The notes: generated by a model not told the origin, from the letters alone. Counted from the stretch's first letter, positions 44,504 to 54,617 are shown. The stretch: DNA of 64,000 nucleotides from Myxococcota bacterium (GCA_036021505.1 JAYXVV010000150.1:26356-90355), one strand, 5' to 3'. A program made the numbers and translations.

Positions 44504-45361
44504 CTAATCCAGAATCGGGCCGATTTCGATGCCCGCATGATCGATGACGCCACCGGCCTTGTACCAAGTGTTGTCGTAGAAGGTCGTGTCGTTCACGCCT
44601 ACGGAAAGCGTGCCATCCATTGGGGCTTTGAAGACTGCCCGGGACCCGATCGGAAAGATCTCCACGTAGCCCGCCGCACCCTCAAATTTGCCCACGAGCT
44701 GTCCAGCAACACATCCCGTTTCGTTGCAGGGAAAGGAGGAATCCAAGACGGTACTCGCATTCTCCTCGCCATTCACATTGATCCAATCGCCGTCTTCCGA
44801 GATTCGGTAGCGGTCATTGGCCGTTGCGCGAATCTCCACTTCATTTCCGCTGCAAATCGGCACCTGCCAGTACCAGGCCTGACCCAGTTCCAAGTAATGG
44901 AAGAGTCGGTCACGTATGGGATTCAGGCACTCTCCCGCAGTCAACTCGGACGGCAGGCGTTTCACCCAGCCCTCCCACCCCGAGGTCGTCGAGGTCGGAT
45001 CCATTGCCGTTTCGCAATAGCTGAGGTTCTTCTTCACCACCTCCTCGATCCGATCGGCACGTCCAAGGAGGACTGTTTCGGCATCCATCACATCGTTTGG
45101 AGCAAATGAAATGGTCTCGTCCTTCTGGCCTGACCACTGGGCGAGCATGGCATCCAGGGCCTCACCGCGAGCCTGTTTTCTTGCCGTCAGTCCCGAATCC
45201 TGCTCAAGCTTCTCAAAGTCTGGGGGGTAGTAGCAGGGCCCAAGCATGCCCTCGGCCTGGTGCCAGCCCACGAGGGTCTGCGCCACTGCGGCCTCGGGGG
45301 ACTCTTTCGGTCCACAGCCCGCAGCCACTCCAGCTGCGACAATGAGAGAAATACGCTTCAT
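44504..45361 (-). CDS. Lipoprotein with C-terminal LecA/PA-IL-like lectin-fold domain
   Basis: Lipobox VAAGC; C-terminal VEIRAT...WINVNG...GQLVGKF...FPIG...APMDGTLSVGVND...YDN pattern. Confidence 0.5.
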   Translation of the reverse strand: MKRISLIVAAGVAAGCGPKESPEAAVAQTLVGWHQAEGMLGPCYYPPDFEKLEQDSGLTARKQARGEALDAMLAQWSGQKDETISFAPNDVMDAETVLLGRADRIEEVVKKNLSYCETAMDPTSTTSGWEGWVKRLPSELTAGECLNPIRDRLFHYLELGQAWYWQVPICSGNEVEIRATANDRYRISEDGDWINVNGEENASTVLDSSFPCNETGCVAGQLVGKFEGAAGYVEIFPIGSRAVFKAPMDGTLSVGVNDTTFYDNTWYKAGGVIDHAGIEIGPILD

Positions 45362-45450
45362 GGTTCACAAACTCCATTCCAGTCAACACAACACCTGTGT
45401 TGCTTACAATGATTCTGGAATAACCTTCAATCCCATCCGGGGGAAAAAGG

Positions 45451-45488
45451 AAAAAGCCCGCCAAGACCTTTGCCGGTCTTGGCGGGCT
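45451..45488 (-). terminator. Rho-independent terminator of atpIBE
   Basis: Perfect 14-bp stem AGCCCGCCAAGACC/GGTCTTGGCGGGCT, 6-nt loop, T-tract on the minus strand, just after the atpE stop. Confidence 0.9.
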
Positions 45489-45514
45489 CTGTTCTCGACA
45501 AGGTCGAGGAAGAC

Positions 45515-45841
45515 TTAGATCTTGCCGACAATCATGATGCCGATAACGAAACCGTAGAGCGCGAGGGCCTCGGTAAACGCCAGGGCGATGATCATTGGGG
45601 TCTGGATCTTGCCAGCAGCCTGCGGGTTGCGGGCGATGCCCTCGAGTGCAGCAGCACCCTGACGACCCTGACCGAGTGCAGCACCCAGTGCAGACAGACC
45701 GATAGCAAGGCCAGCACCGATGGCGGCCATGCCACCAGCACCAGCACCAGCGGCAGCGGCTTCACCCTGTGCAAATGCAGCGGGGCTAGCGATGAAGAGG
45801 ACCACAAGGGCGGCCAGAACAGCGAACAACTTGGACTTCAT
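45515..45841 (-). CDS. atpE: ATP synthase F0 subunit c
   Basis: [33 protein letters not shown]; N-terminal signal-like extension. Confidence 0.96.
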   Translation of the reverse strand: MKSKLFAVLAALVVLFIASPAAFAQGEAAAAGAGAGGMAAIGAGLAIGLSALGAALGQGRQGAAALEGIARNPQAAGKIQTPMIIALAFTEALALYGFVIGIMIVGKI

Positions 45842-45895
45842 GTTTCCTCCAGAGAGCTTTCGCTCACTTTCAGGCAGGTTGGTGATAGGGACACC

Positions 45896-46696
45896 TTAGT
45901 GGTGTTCCTCTTCGTGATGTGCCACTGACAGGCCGACATAGACGGTCGACAGCAGCGTGAAAACAAAAGCCTGTACCACGGACACGAAGATTCCGAGGGC
46001 CAGGAAGACACAGGGCACCAGCAGAGGGATCATGTCCGAGAAGATGAACAAGACCATGTGGTCGCCGTTGAGGTTTGCCATGAGGCGCAGCTGCAACGAG
46101 AAGGGGCGGAACACCACACCAATGAGCTCCAGCACAAAGATGAGGGGAGCAATGGCGAGCATCGGTCCCATCATGTGCTTGAGGTAGCCCATTCCATTCG
46201 CTCTGAAGCCCGCGATGTTGAACACCATGAACACGATGAGCGCCATGGCCCAGTTCGTGGACGTCTCGGTGGTCGGCGGTACAAAGCCGGGAAGCACACC
46301 CAGGAGGTTGCAGCTGAGAATGAAAATGAAGAGGGTTGCCATGAGGGGCAAGAAGCGAATCGCCAGCTTTCGGTCGCCGAGGACGGCCTCAAACTGACCG
46401 AGGAGTCCTTCGATGAGGAGCTCCATGATGTTGCGTGCGCCGAGTTTGTCGTCGGGGACATACTGAAGTGTTCCCCCTTGAGCTCGGGCTTTGTTGAGAC
46501 CGCGACGGGCAATAAGCGCCACAATCGTCAGCAGGAAAAACACCATCCAAGACGCCGGGACGAGCGGGGCAGCTTTGGCGAGGGTGTCCGAACCGGGAGT
46601 CATGTTGCTCCAGCCCGCACCCACGTAGTCATAGAGTGGACTGCTTCCGTCGTTGAAGCCAGGAACCAAGTCAAACCAGGAGAAATGCTTTTCCAT
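45896..46696 (-). CDS. atpB: ATP synthase F0 subunit a
   Basis: FILSCNLLGVLPG, PPT, RPFSLQLRLMANLNGDH, VQAFVFTLLSTVY. Confidence 0.95.
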   Translation of the reverse strand: MEKHFSWFDLVPGFNDGSSPLYDYVGAGWSNMTPGSDTLAKAAPLVPASWMVFFLLTIVALIARRGLNKARAQGGTLQYVPDDKLGARNIMELLIEGLLGQFEAVLGDRKLAIRFLPLMATLFIFILSCNLLGVLPGFVPPTTETSTNWAMALIVFMVFNIAGFRANGMGYLKHMMGPMLAIAPLIFVLELIGVVFRPFSLQLRLMANLNGDHMVLFIFSDMIPLLVPCVFLALGIFVSVVQAFVFTLLSTVYVGLSVAHHEEEHH

Positions 46697-47077
46697 TTAG
46701 ACGCGCTCTCCCGTGCTGCCGGACGCGTTGAGGGCCGACATGGCCACACCGCGAACGGTAATGGCCATCAGCACCACGCCAAATCCAATCAGCACAGCGG
46801 AAGGTTCGAACACGCGAGTCAGTCCGTAAAGACTGCCACCCACGATAAAGATCTTTGCGATGAAACCCAACCCGAATCCAAGGCTGTTTCGATTCTGCTC
46901 AATCAAGCGCTTGACCAGAACACTCAGTACCCAGAAATTGCCGATCGCCAGCAGGCCCGACACACCGATGGCTGTCGCGTAGTCTGTACCGGCCTTGATC
47001 GCTGCCGCGATCATCAGGACCGCCAGCATGATTGCGGCATCGGAGATCAGCTTTTTAGCGTCCAAAGAAGCGTTCAT
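46697..47077 (-). CDS. atpI: ATP synthase protein I
   Basis: Four-TM protein immediately upstream of atpB; GLLAIGNFWVL, KIFIVGG. Confidence 0.75.
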   Translation of the reverse strand: MNASLDAKKLISDAAIMLAVLMIAAAIKAGTDYATAIGVSGLLAIGNFWVLSVLVKRLIEQNRNSLGFGLGFIAKIFIVGGSLYGLTRVFEPSAVLIGFGVVLMAITVRGVAMSALNASGSTGERV

Positions 47078-47119
47078 TTCAGTTGAATGCAAAAAGTCAA
47101 AAGGGCCAGAAGGGCGCCC

Positions 47120-47148
47120 CATCTAGCATGGGGTCAACGAGGCGTCAA
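47120..47148 (-). promoter_or_regulatory. Sigma70-like promoter for atpIBE
   Basis: TTGACG-N17-TAGATG with an extended TG, about 40 nt upstream of atpI. Confidence 0.5.
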
Positions 47149-47273
47149 CAGGAGGAAAGGCTTCGAATCAAAGTCCCGGAGGATAATGGCTCTGAAAATC
47201 CATGAAAAAGAGTGGTTTTAGCTTGGCTATTTGGTGATCCGCTTAAGTTTTTTCGACCCTCAAACCCGGCGTT

Positions 47274-48002
47274 TCAGCGCGAGAAGGCGGAACGCCTTTC
47301 AAACAGCCTCTCAAGTCTCTCTGAAGAGGCGCTGGCTTCCTCTTCATCGAGTTGGGCGATGGCCGAGTCCAAGTCTCCCAACCGCTCGTAGCTGATGGAA
47401 ATTCCAAATCGTCCGAGTGCGGCGACCTGGGCCTGTTCCGATTGGCTGAGGACCTGAAAGTGCTCCAAAGCCTCATCCACTGCCCCTTGGGCGAGAAGGA
47501 GCCGTCCCAGGGCGAGCCGGGCTTCTTGCGAGGCCTCGCTGCGCTCCCGGATGACCTGGTTGTAGCGGAGGGCTGCTTCAATCTCTTGACCATCCGCAAG
47601 CCGATGATTTCCCGACTGCAGCAGATAGCGACCCCGTGCCTCGCGCTGCAGGCTCAAACGAGCGGCCGCATCGTACGCATCCCCGACTTCCCGTCCGACC
47701 CGGCCCAGGTTTTCCAAGGCACGAGCACTGCCGACATAGGCCTCTGGAGCCGTCACCCCTCCGGGATGTTCTTCCAGCAACTGCTGGTACAACGCGAGCG
47801 CTTTGCCCCAATCGTTGTCCACCCAGGCCACCCGGTGGGCTTCTCGAAGCTTGTCCTGTTCGGTGGCTCCAGAGAGTGCATGGAGTCCGAATCCAACCAA
47901 AAGCAGAGCAGGCAGAAGAAGGCCTGAAAGGCTTCCCCACCCAAAAACAGACACCCAGCGTTTCACTGAGACCTTCCGAAGAACTGGCTCTGACCTGTGC
48001 AC
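47274..48002 (-). CDS. TPR-repeat protein with N-terminal membrane anchor
   Basis: Hydrophobic N-terminus; repeated A-x-x-x-Y...P...A...A-x-x-x-LG TPR patterns. Start uncertain. Confidence 0.7.
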   Translation of the reverse strand: MHRSEPVLRKVSVKRWVSVFGWGSLSGLLLPALLLVGFGLHALSGATEQDKLREAHRVAWVDNDWGKALALYQQLLEEHPGGVTAPEAYVGSARALENLGRVGREVGDAYDAAARLSLQREARGRYLLQSGNHRLADGQEIEAALRYNQVIRERSEASQEARLALGRLLLAQGAVDEALEHFQVLSQSEQAQVAALGRFGISISYERLGDLDSAIAQLDEEEASASSERLERLFERRSAFSR

Positions 48003-48069
48003 GGCCGCCCTCTATCGAGATGAGCTTCACTCCGCCAAAAAGCTTGACATCCGGTGGGCCGGTCCGAGC

Positions 48070-49050
48070 TCAGAGATGCTTCTTGTAGCGGTCATCGGGC
48101 GCATAGTCGATGAAGAGTGGGTGATCGTCTACGCCCGCGCGCTGCCTGCAATGGGCCAACCAAAGGCCGTATTCACCGGGGTGCTCACGAAGCCAAGGCT
48201 CCACGCCTTGTTGGAGAACGTCTTCCATTGCCCCCTTCCAGCCCCTCTTTTTGTCCGCCCAGATGGGTTCACCAAAGGTGCAGACGTTGGGGCCTTCGTG
48301 GGGCACACTGCAGAGGGTTGGAACGAGTGCTGCACCCGTGGTGGCTGCCATGCGATACGCCCCCGGATTGAGCAGAGCCTGCCGGCCCAAAAAGGGAGTC
48401 AACACGAAGCGGGAGCCGATTCGACCATCGAAGGCGAGTCCCACCACCTCGTTTCGCTCGAGGCATCGGTACAGGTGCCGAACCGGAGTGGTCAGAGAGA
48501 TAAAGTTGGCCGGCAGGCGATCCTCGCTCTCTTCACGTGCCCTTCGAGCAGCCTCTCGAAATCGATTGTGTCCCAGGATTTCGGGATGAGCCTCCGCCAT
48601 TTCCTCCGGAGGCAGCCCCCGCGCTGCGTACTGCGTGAACGGGTAGCCGGCGAGCGAAACGCCTGCGATCATCATCATGAAGTTTCCGGCATGAGGATTG
48701 AGCAGAATCGCCCCTTTTCCACGCTCAAGGGCTGCATCGAGGTGTTCACGTCCCTCGAAGCGCATGTGAAGGGGCCAAGTCTCTGACGTGAGCTTGCCCA
48801 GCAGAAGCTCTTCCAGATGAGCACGAACCATGATGCGGTAGGCATCATTGATCCACTCCTCGGTTTTTCCGCGCACACCGAAGCACGCTTCAAGCTCTGT
48901 TGCCATCAGCTGCTTCTGCTCACCGGCAAAAGCCTTCTTGAGTCGCCAACCTTGGGTCAGTCGGGTGATCTGCTTCGGCTTGTGCGGATCGAGAGCCCCT
49001 CGAAAAGGGACCCAAAAAGCCCACCTCGCCAGATCGCCTGCCGAGACCAG
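48070..49050 (-). CDS. Lysophospholipid / lipid A late acyltransferase family protein (LpxL/HtrB-like), probable CTG start
   Basis: EGREHLDAALERGKGAILLNPHAGNF, LAFDG, PFLGR, HPGEYGLW. Frame is open from the gyrA stop. GAGGAG SD lies 6 nt before CTG at 49050; the first ATG (48906) would cut off the N-terminal anchor. Confidence 0.8.
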   Translation of the reverse strand: MVSAGDLARWAFWVPFRGALDPHKPKQITRLTQGWRLKKAFAGEQKQLMATELEACFGVRGKTEEWINDAYRIMVRAHLEELLLGKLTSETWPLHMRFEGREHLDAALERGKGAILLNPHAGNFMMMIAGVSLAGYPFTQYAARGLPPEEMAEAHPEILGHNRFREAARRAREESEDRLPANFISLTTPVRHLYRCLERNEVVGLAFDGRIGSRFVLTPFLGRQALLNPGAYRMAATTGAALVPTLCSVPHEGPNVCTFGEPIWADKKRGWKGAMEDVLQQGVEPWLREHPGEYGLWLAHCRQRAGVDDHPLFIDYAPDDRYKKHL

Positions 49051-49053
49051 AAC

Positions 49054-51576
49054 CTACTCCTCAGAGGCTTCCACGGGAGCCTCTGTGACACCTTCTGTTT
49101 CCTCAGAAGAAACTTCCTCCTCATCGTCCTCCACCACACGGGTGACACCAACGATGGCTTCGTCTCCGGCCACCCGCATCAAGGTTACGCCGAGCGCCGC
49201 ACGACCGGTCTCGCGGACCTCATGAACACGGGTCTTGATGATGCGTCCTGTGTTGGTGATCAACATGACTTTGTCGTCGTCTGCAACCTGAACCGAACCG
49301 ACCACATGCCCGTTCCGCTCACCGGTTCGAATGTTGATGATGCCTTTTCCGCCTCGGTTTTGGAGTCGGTACTCGGTCAGGGAAGTTCTTTTGCCGAAAC
49401 CCTTTTCGGTCACAGTCAACAGGAGTTTTTCGTCGTCTTTCTCCAAGATTTCCATGGACACAATCCAGTCGTTCTCTTGGAGATCAATGCCTCGCACACC
49501 GCGTGCGATTCGACCCATGGATCGAACATCTGTCCCGCGGAAACGAATGGCCAGCCCCTGTGCAGTGGCGATGAGCACCTCCTGCTCCGGACTGGTCTTT
49601 CGCACCATGAAGAGTTCATCTCCCTCGGCACAGTCGTAGCTTCGTAAACCGTTGGACCGAAGGTTCTTGAAGAGCCCAAAGTTGGTCCGCTTCACCAAAC
49701 CTTTCCGGGAGACAAAGAGCAAGTCTGTGCTTTCCTCAAAACCTCGCGCAGTGATGACGGTCGCCACCGTGTCATCCGGCTCCAGTTGGACCAAATTGAC
49801 CAGTGGACGCCCCTTGGCCCCTCGGTTGGCCTGAGGGATTTCGTAGACAGGGACCTTGTAGACCCAGCCGTGGGTGGTGAACACCAAGAGGTCATCGTGG
49901 GTGTTGCCGATGAAGATGTCGCGAACGGAGTCCTCTTCGCGTGTCTTCATGGCCGCCAGACCATGGCCACCGCGACGCTGCTCCTTGTAGAGATCCAGCG
50001 GCATGCGCTTGATGTAGCCATTGACCGAGAGAGCGACGACCTGCTCTTCTTCCGCAATCAAATCGCGAATGGAGAGTTCCGAGCCTGAATCCACGATCTC
50101 GGTGCGGCGCTCATCGCCGTAGGTGTCTCTGACTTCCACCAGTTCTTCCCGAATCACCTCCATCAAGAGGGCTTCGGATCCAAGAATGGCCAGCAGACGC
50201 TCGATGGTCTTCATGAGTTCATCGTACTCATTCTCGATCTTCTCGCGTTCCAGTCCAACCAGACGCTGGAGGCGCATGTCGAGGATGGCCTGAGCCTGAA
50301 CCTTCGAGAGTTCAAAGCGCTCCATCAGCCCTTCACGTGCAATCTCGGCTGTTTTGCTGGCCCGAATCAGCGCGATCACCTCATCCAGGTTGTCGAGGGC
50401 AATCCTCAGTCCCTCGAGGATGTGTGCGCGCTCGCGGGCTTTTCGAAGCTCATAGCGGCAGCGTCGGGTGGTCACTTCTCGACGGTGAGCCAGGAAGTGA
50501 CTCAGCATTTCCTTCAGGGTCAACACTTTCGGCTGGCCATGAACAATGGCCAGCATGATGACCCCGAAAGTCGACTGCAGTTCGGTGTGCTTGAAGATCT
50601 TGTTCAGCACCACTTCTGGGAAGGCATCGCGCTTGAGTTCAACCACCACACGCATTCCTCGACGGTCGGATTCGTCTCGAAGTGCAGAGATGCCCTCAAC
50701 CTTCTTTTCTTTCACGAGTTCCGCAATCTGCTGGAGAAGGCGGGCTTTGTTCACCTGGAAAGGAAGTTCATCGATCACGATTCGCTCGCGGTCGTTTCCG
50801 AACTCTTCGAAGTGGGTGCGGCCTCGCATGATCACACGGCCCCGGCCCGTCGTGTAGGCATCGTGGATGCCTTTTCGGCCATAAATGAATCCGCCTGTTG
50901 GGAAGTCGGGACCCGGAATGAACTGGGTCATCAGCTGCTCGGAGTCCAAATTGGGGTCGTCGATCAACGCGATTGTTCCGTTGATCACCTCTCCGATGTT
51001 GTGTGGCGGGATCTTGGTTGCCATGCCCACAGCGATGCCGTCTGAGCCGTTGCAGAGAAGCCCTGGGACTCGTGTCGGGAGAACCTCGGGTTCCAGCACC
51101 TGACCGTCAAAGTTTGGCGTGAAGCGAACCGTCTCTTTGTCGATGTCCGCGAGGTACTCCTCTGCGAACTTTTTCATGCGGGATTCGGTGTACCGATAGG
51201 CTGCGGCGGAGTCACCGTCGACCGATCCAAAGTTTCCTTGACCGTCCACGAGCAGGTAGCGCATGTTCCATGGCTGGGCCATCCGTACCAAGGCGTCGTA
51301 AACCGCACTGTCTCCGTGGGGGTGGTATTTCTTCAATACCTCTCCCACTACACCTGCACACTTGGAGTACTTTCGATTGGAGAGCAGGCCTTCTCGGTAC
51401 ATGGCGTAGAGAATTCGCCGGTGTACGGGCTTCAAGCCATCTCGAACATCGGGAAGAGCACGACCAATAATGACCGACATGGAGTAGTCCATGTAGGAGG
51501 TCCGCATCTCATCTTTAATGTCGATTGGAAGCAGGGTTTTTGCGACGCCTTCGAGGGGGTTGTCTTCGGTCGACAT
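49054..51576 (-). CDS. gyrA: DNA gyrase subunit A
   Basis: [43 protein letters not shown], GyrA-box-like QRRGGHG, C-terminal pinwheel repeats. Confidence 0.98.
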   Translation of the reverse strand: MSTEDNPLEGVAKTLLPIDIKDEMRTSYMDYSMSVIIGRALPDVRDGLKPVHRRILYAMYREGLLSNRKYSKCAGVVGEVLKKYHPHGDSAVYDALVRMAQPWNMRYLLVDGQGNFGSVDGDSAAAYRYTESRMKKFAEEYLADIDKETVRFTPNFDGQVLEPEVLPTRVPGLLCNGSDGIAVGMATKIPPHNIGEVINGTIALIDDPNLDSEQLMTQFIPGPDFPTGGFIYGRKGIHDAYTTGRGRVIMRGRTHFEEFGNDRERIVIDELPFQVNKARLLQQIAELVKEKKVEGISALRDESDRRGMRVVVELKRDAFPEVVLNKIFKHTELQSTFGVIMLAIVHGQPKVLTLKEMLSHFLAHRREVTTRRCRYELRKARERAHILEGLRIALDNLDEVIALIRASKTAEIAREGLMERFELSKVQAQAILDMRLQRLVGLEREKIENEYDELMKTIERLLAILGSEALLMEVIREELVEVRDTYGDERRTEIVDSGSELSIRDLIAEEEQVVALSVNGYIKRMPLDLYKEQRRGGHGLAAMKTREEDSVRDIFIGNTHDDLLVFTTHGWVYKVPVYEIPQANRGAKGRPLVNLVQLEPDDTVATVITARGFEESTDLLFVSRKGLVKRTNFGLFKNLRSNGLRSYDCAEGDELFMVRKTSPEQEVLIATAQGLAIRFRGTDVRSMGRIARGVRGIDLQENDWIVSMEILEKDDEKLLLTVTEKGFGKRTSLTEYRLQNRGGKGIINIRTGERNGHVVGSVQVADDDKVMLITNTGRIIKTRVHEVRETGRAALGVTLMRVAGDEAIVGVTRVVEDDEEEVSSEETEGVTEAPVEASEE

Positions 51577-51677
51577 AGCTACCTTTGTTCGAAATGGAAT
51601 GACCCGTATTCCTAACCTGTTGACGGGGCAAACGAAAGGCCTGCAGAGACCTGTTTTTTGGAATAGTTAAAGACCCT

Positions 51678-53045
51678 ATGCGCTTGCTTCCTCCCACTCT
51701 GGTTCTCGCGGTTCTCGCAGGGGTCCTTTTCGTCACTCCGCGAGCCTCTGCAGAGGACTCTGCATTCCAGTCCGGCGTAGAAGCTTTGCGAGAGAAAGAC
51801 CCTGAAAAAGCATTGGGTTTCTTCCGCGAGTGTCTTCGGATTGAAGCCGATAGTGTGCCGTGCCACTGGGAAATCGGCTGGGCCTTCTACCTCCTGAACG
51901 ACTGGGATCAGGTGGTTCACCATTGGGAGCGTGTCCAAGAATTGGAGCCCCAGCACACCGCCGTGGGCGATCATCTGGCCACAGCCAAGGCTCAGCAGCA
52001 ACTGAAAGCCCGCATCGCAGAGGTGCGAAACAGGGCCCCGTCCACCGTCTCTGCGCCGATTCCAGAGGGCACCACCGTTCGACTTCGGTCCGTCGGTGAC
52101 GTCATGTTGGGCACCGACTACCCAGCCGGCCACCTGCCTCCGAATGGTGGCGCGGGTCTTCTGGAGGACGTGTTGGACTGGCTTCAGGACGCCGATCTGA
52201 CCTTCGCCAACTTGGAGGGTCCATTCTGTGACCGGGGACATTCAGCAAAATGCGCCCCCGATGCCACCAACTGCTATGCCTTCCGAACCCCCACCTCCTA
52301 CGCGGACTACCTGGTGGAGGCCGGGATTGACCTTGCGTCTACTGCAAACAACCACGCTGGTGATTTTGGAAGCGTCTGTCGAGATGACACCCACGCTTTG
52401 CTGGATTCCTTTGGAATTGCTTGGTCGGGTCCACCCGGCAGTCTTGCGTCGGTCGAATCCCAGGGTCTCCGGGTGGGACTGGTCGCCTTTCACACTTCAC
52501 CCTCATCCAACCACCTCAACAATTCAGAGACCGCCTCCGAGTTGATCCAGCTCTCGAGTGCTGAAAACGACCTCGTGGTGGTGTCCTTCCATGGAGGGGC
52601 CGAGGGGAATCGAGCACTGCATGTTCCGAACGGTCGGGAGACCTTTTACGGTGAGGACCGAGGCAATTTGCGTGAGTTCGCTCGAATGGCCATCGATTCG
52701 GGTGCGGATTTGGTGTTGGGCCACGGCCCGCATGTTCCACGTGGAATGGAGATCTACAAGGACCGATTGGTTGCTTACTCCCTTGGTAATTTTGCTACGT
52801 ACGGCCGATTTAATCTCTCCGGAAACCTCTCCGTTGGTTTCGTTCTGGAGACCGAACTCGCTCCGGACGGCCGCTTTCTCCAAGGAAAGATTCTCCCCAC
52901 CAAGCAGCAAGGCCGTGGGATCCCCAAAAAGGACAACGAGGGCACAGCCATTGACCTGATCCGGAGCCTCTCTCTTGAGGACTTCCCGGAGACTGCACCG
53001 ATTGTTGCCCAAGATGGGCAGATTGCACCGAAGGTCTCTCCATGA
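51678..53045 (+). CDS. CapA (PGA_cap) family metallophosphoesterase with N-terminal TPR
   Basis: Signal peptide, TPR, VGDVMLG, ANLEG, ANNHAGDFG, VSFHGG, GHGPHV, YSLGNF. Confidence 0.88.
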   Translation: MRLLPPTLVLAVLAGVLFVTPRASAEDSAFQSGVEALREKDPEKALGFFRECLRIEADSVPCHWEIGWAFYLLNDWDQVVHHWERVQELEPQHTAVGDHLATAKAQQQLKARIAEVRNRAPSTVSAPIPEGTTVRLRSVGDVMLGTDYPAGHLPPNGGAGLLEDVLDWLQDADLTFANLEGPFCDRGHSAKCAPDATNCYAFRTPTSYADYLVEAGIDLASTANNHAGDFGSVCRDDTHALLDSFGIAWSGPPGSLASVESQGLRVGLVAFHTSPSSNHLNNSETASELIQLSSAENDLVVVSFHGGAEGNRALHVPNGRETFYGEDRGNLREFARMAIDSGADLVLGHGPHVPRGMEIYKDRLVAYSLGNFATYGRFNLSGNLSVGFVLETELAPDGRFLQGKILPTKQQGRGIPKKDNEGTAIDLIRSLSLEDFPETAPIVAQDGQIAPKVSP

Positions 53046-54007
53046 TCCCCGTTTTCATCGAACGCATGGGGTTTGCGCTCCCACCAGCCATCGAGACCGC
53101 AGCCGAGCTGTCTCCAAAGATCGGTCGTTCTGAGGACTGGATCCAGAGGAGAGCCGGTGTTTTTGAGCGACGCATCAGCGAGCTCAGTATGCCCGAACTT
53201 GCGGCTCAGGCTGGCTTAGCCGCCTTGGAGGGAGGCGCCCCTCCGGATCTCATTCTCAATGCTTCTGGTGTGGCCCATCAGGTCTTGCCGGACACCTCCG
53301 TCTTCATCCAGGAGGCCATGGGATTCTCAGGCATCCCCAGCTTCTCGGTACACGCGACATGCCTCTCCTTTCTGACCGCACTCCAAACCGCCTCTGGCTT
53401 GCTCAATTCAGGCTGCTACAGCCGCATCCTCGTCGTGAGTGCTGACTTGGGCAGTCGGGGTCGGAATTTTGAGGAAGCCGAATCCGCCGCTCTTCTCGGC
53501 GACGGGGCCGGAGCTGCTGTGCTGAGCCTTCCACCCCAAGGAGCTGAGTCTGGAATTCTGACCTTCAAAATGAAGACCTTTCCTGAAGGAGCCGAACTCA
53601 CGGCGGTTCGAGGAGGAGGTACGCGACTCCACCCCCAAAATCCCCAGACAACGCCAGCTGACAACCTCTTCCATATGCGAGGAACAGCCGTCTTCAAAAT
53701 GGCTCTTCGGGAAACTCCACCCCTCATCGACCAGTGCCTTGAGGAGGCGGGACTCCAAAAGTCGGACCTGAAACTCGTTGTGCCACACCAAGCCTCTGGC
53801 TTCGGCGTCGAAGTGTACCGACGCTATGGCTTTTCAAGCGAACAAGTCGTTGACTTGGTCGGCACTCAAGGCAACTGTGTCGCTGCCTCTCTCCCGATGT
53901 CCCTCGCCCAGGCCGTCGCCTCCGGGCGTTTGCAGAGAGGCGACCGGTTTATGTTGGTGGGCACGGGTGCTGGGCTCTCCATCGCCGCGACCATTCTGAC
54001 CTATTGA
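53042..54007 (+). CDS. 3-oxoacyl-ACP synthase III (FabH-like) family protein
   Basis: Catalytic triad ATCLSF, VPHQAS, GNCVAAS; GDGAGA; GTGAG. Confidence 0.88.
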   Translation: MIPVFIERMGFALPPAIETAAELSPKIGRSEDWIQRRAGVFERRISELSMPELAAQAGLAALEGGAPPDLILNASGVAHQVLPDTSVFIQEAMGFSGIPSFSVHATCLSFLTALQTASGLLNSGCYSRILVVSADLGSRGRNFEEAESAALLGDGAGAAVLSLPPQGAESGILTFKMKTFPEGAELTAVRGGGTRLHPQNPQTTPADNLFHMRGTAVFKMALRETPPLIDQCLEEAGLQKSDLKLVVPHQASGFGVEVYRRYGFSSEQVVDLVGTQGNCVAASLPMSLAQAVASGRLQRGDRFMLVGTGAGLSIAATILTY

Positions 54008-54601
54008 TCAGAACTGATAAAGGCCCTCGAGAGCCACCTGAGGGGCCCAAAAGAAGGGATCGCTCTGGTTTGAATAGTCATGCGGCCAAGCAATCAGAAC
54101 CCTGCCTGCTGCCCTCAGGCCAAGTGAGCCCCGTCGAATTCCGAGATCCACTCCAGCCGCTGTCATGACGTCTGCATCCGAAGGCTGCGAACCGTAGTTG
54201 GGGTTGGTTTTGGTTCCCGCAAAGGTGGTCCACAGCAATCCGAATCCTGTTCGAAAGGTGATGTCCCAGGAAAAAGCCTTTGGCTGACGGTGGGGGATTC
54301 GGATCCCAGGGAGTGCGTAGATTCCATGCTGGACAAGGTGGGGGCTTCGCAGCGAATCCCGGTCGAGCTCGTTGGTGATGGGGTTGAAGGGATTCATAAA
54401 CCCCCCGATGTCCAGGTAGATGAACCGACTCGCTCGGGAGTCGACACCGGCTGTGAATCCAACCGGAGTGGGTCCCTCCGAGACAACAGCGCCTCCGTGC
54501 ACCCGAACGCGCGGGTTGAGATTGGACTGCGTGGCCTCCGCTGAGGGCATTGAGAACAGCAGCGAGGCTGCGATCACTGCTATGGCATTCCAGGATTTCA
54601 T
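54008..54601 (-). CDS. Putative outer-membrane beta-barrel protein
   Basis: Signal MKSWNAIAVIAASLLFSMPSAEA, amphipathic beta strands, C-terminal GLYQF (aromatic-X-F Bam signal). Confidence 0.55.
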   Translation of the reverse strand: MKSWNAIAVIAASLLFSMPSAEATQSNLNPRVRVHGGAVVSEGPTPVGFTAGVDSRASRFIYLDIGGFMNPFNPITNELDRDSLRSPHLVQHGIYALPGIRIPHRQPKAFSWDITFRTGFGLLWTTFAGTKTNPNYGSQPSDADVMTAAGVDLGIRRGSLGLRAAGRVLIAWPHDYSNQSDPFFWAPQVALEGLYQF

Positions 54602-54617
54602 TGGGGGCTCCAAAAAT

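Noticed and set aside
46058-48786. 342-aa and 327-aa plus-strand ORFs
   Set aside because: Antisense shadows of atpB/atpI and the TPR/acyltransferase genes.
49054-49056. Pyrrolysine or amber read-through fusing GyrA to the acyltransferase
   Set aside because: GyrA ends in a normal acidic tail, no pyl genes are visible, and an SD plus CTG explains the downstream gene more simply.
51678-53045. Poly-gamma-glutamate capsule locus
   Set aside because: CapA domain alone; capB/capC absent from the window.
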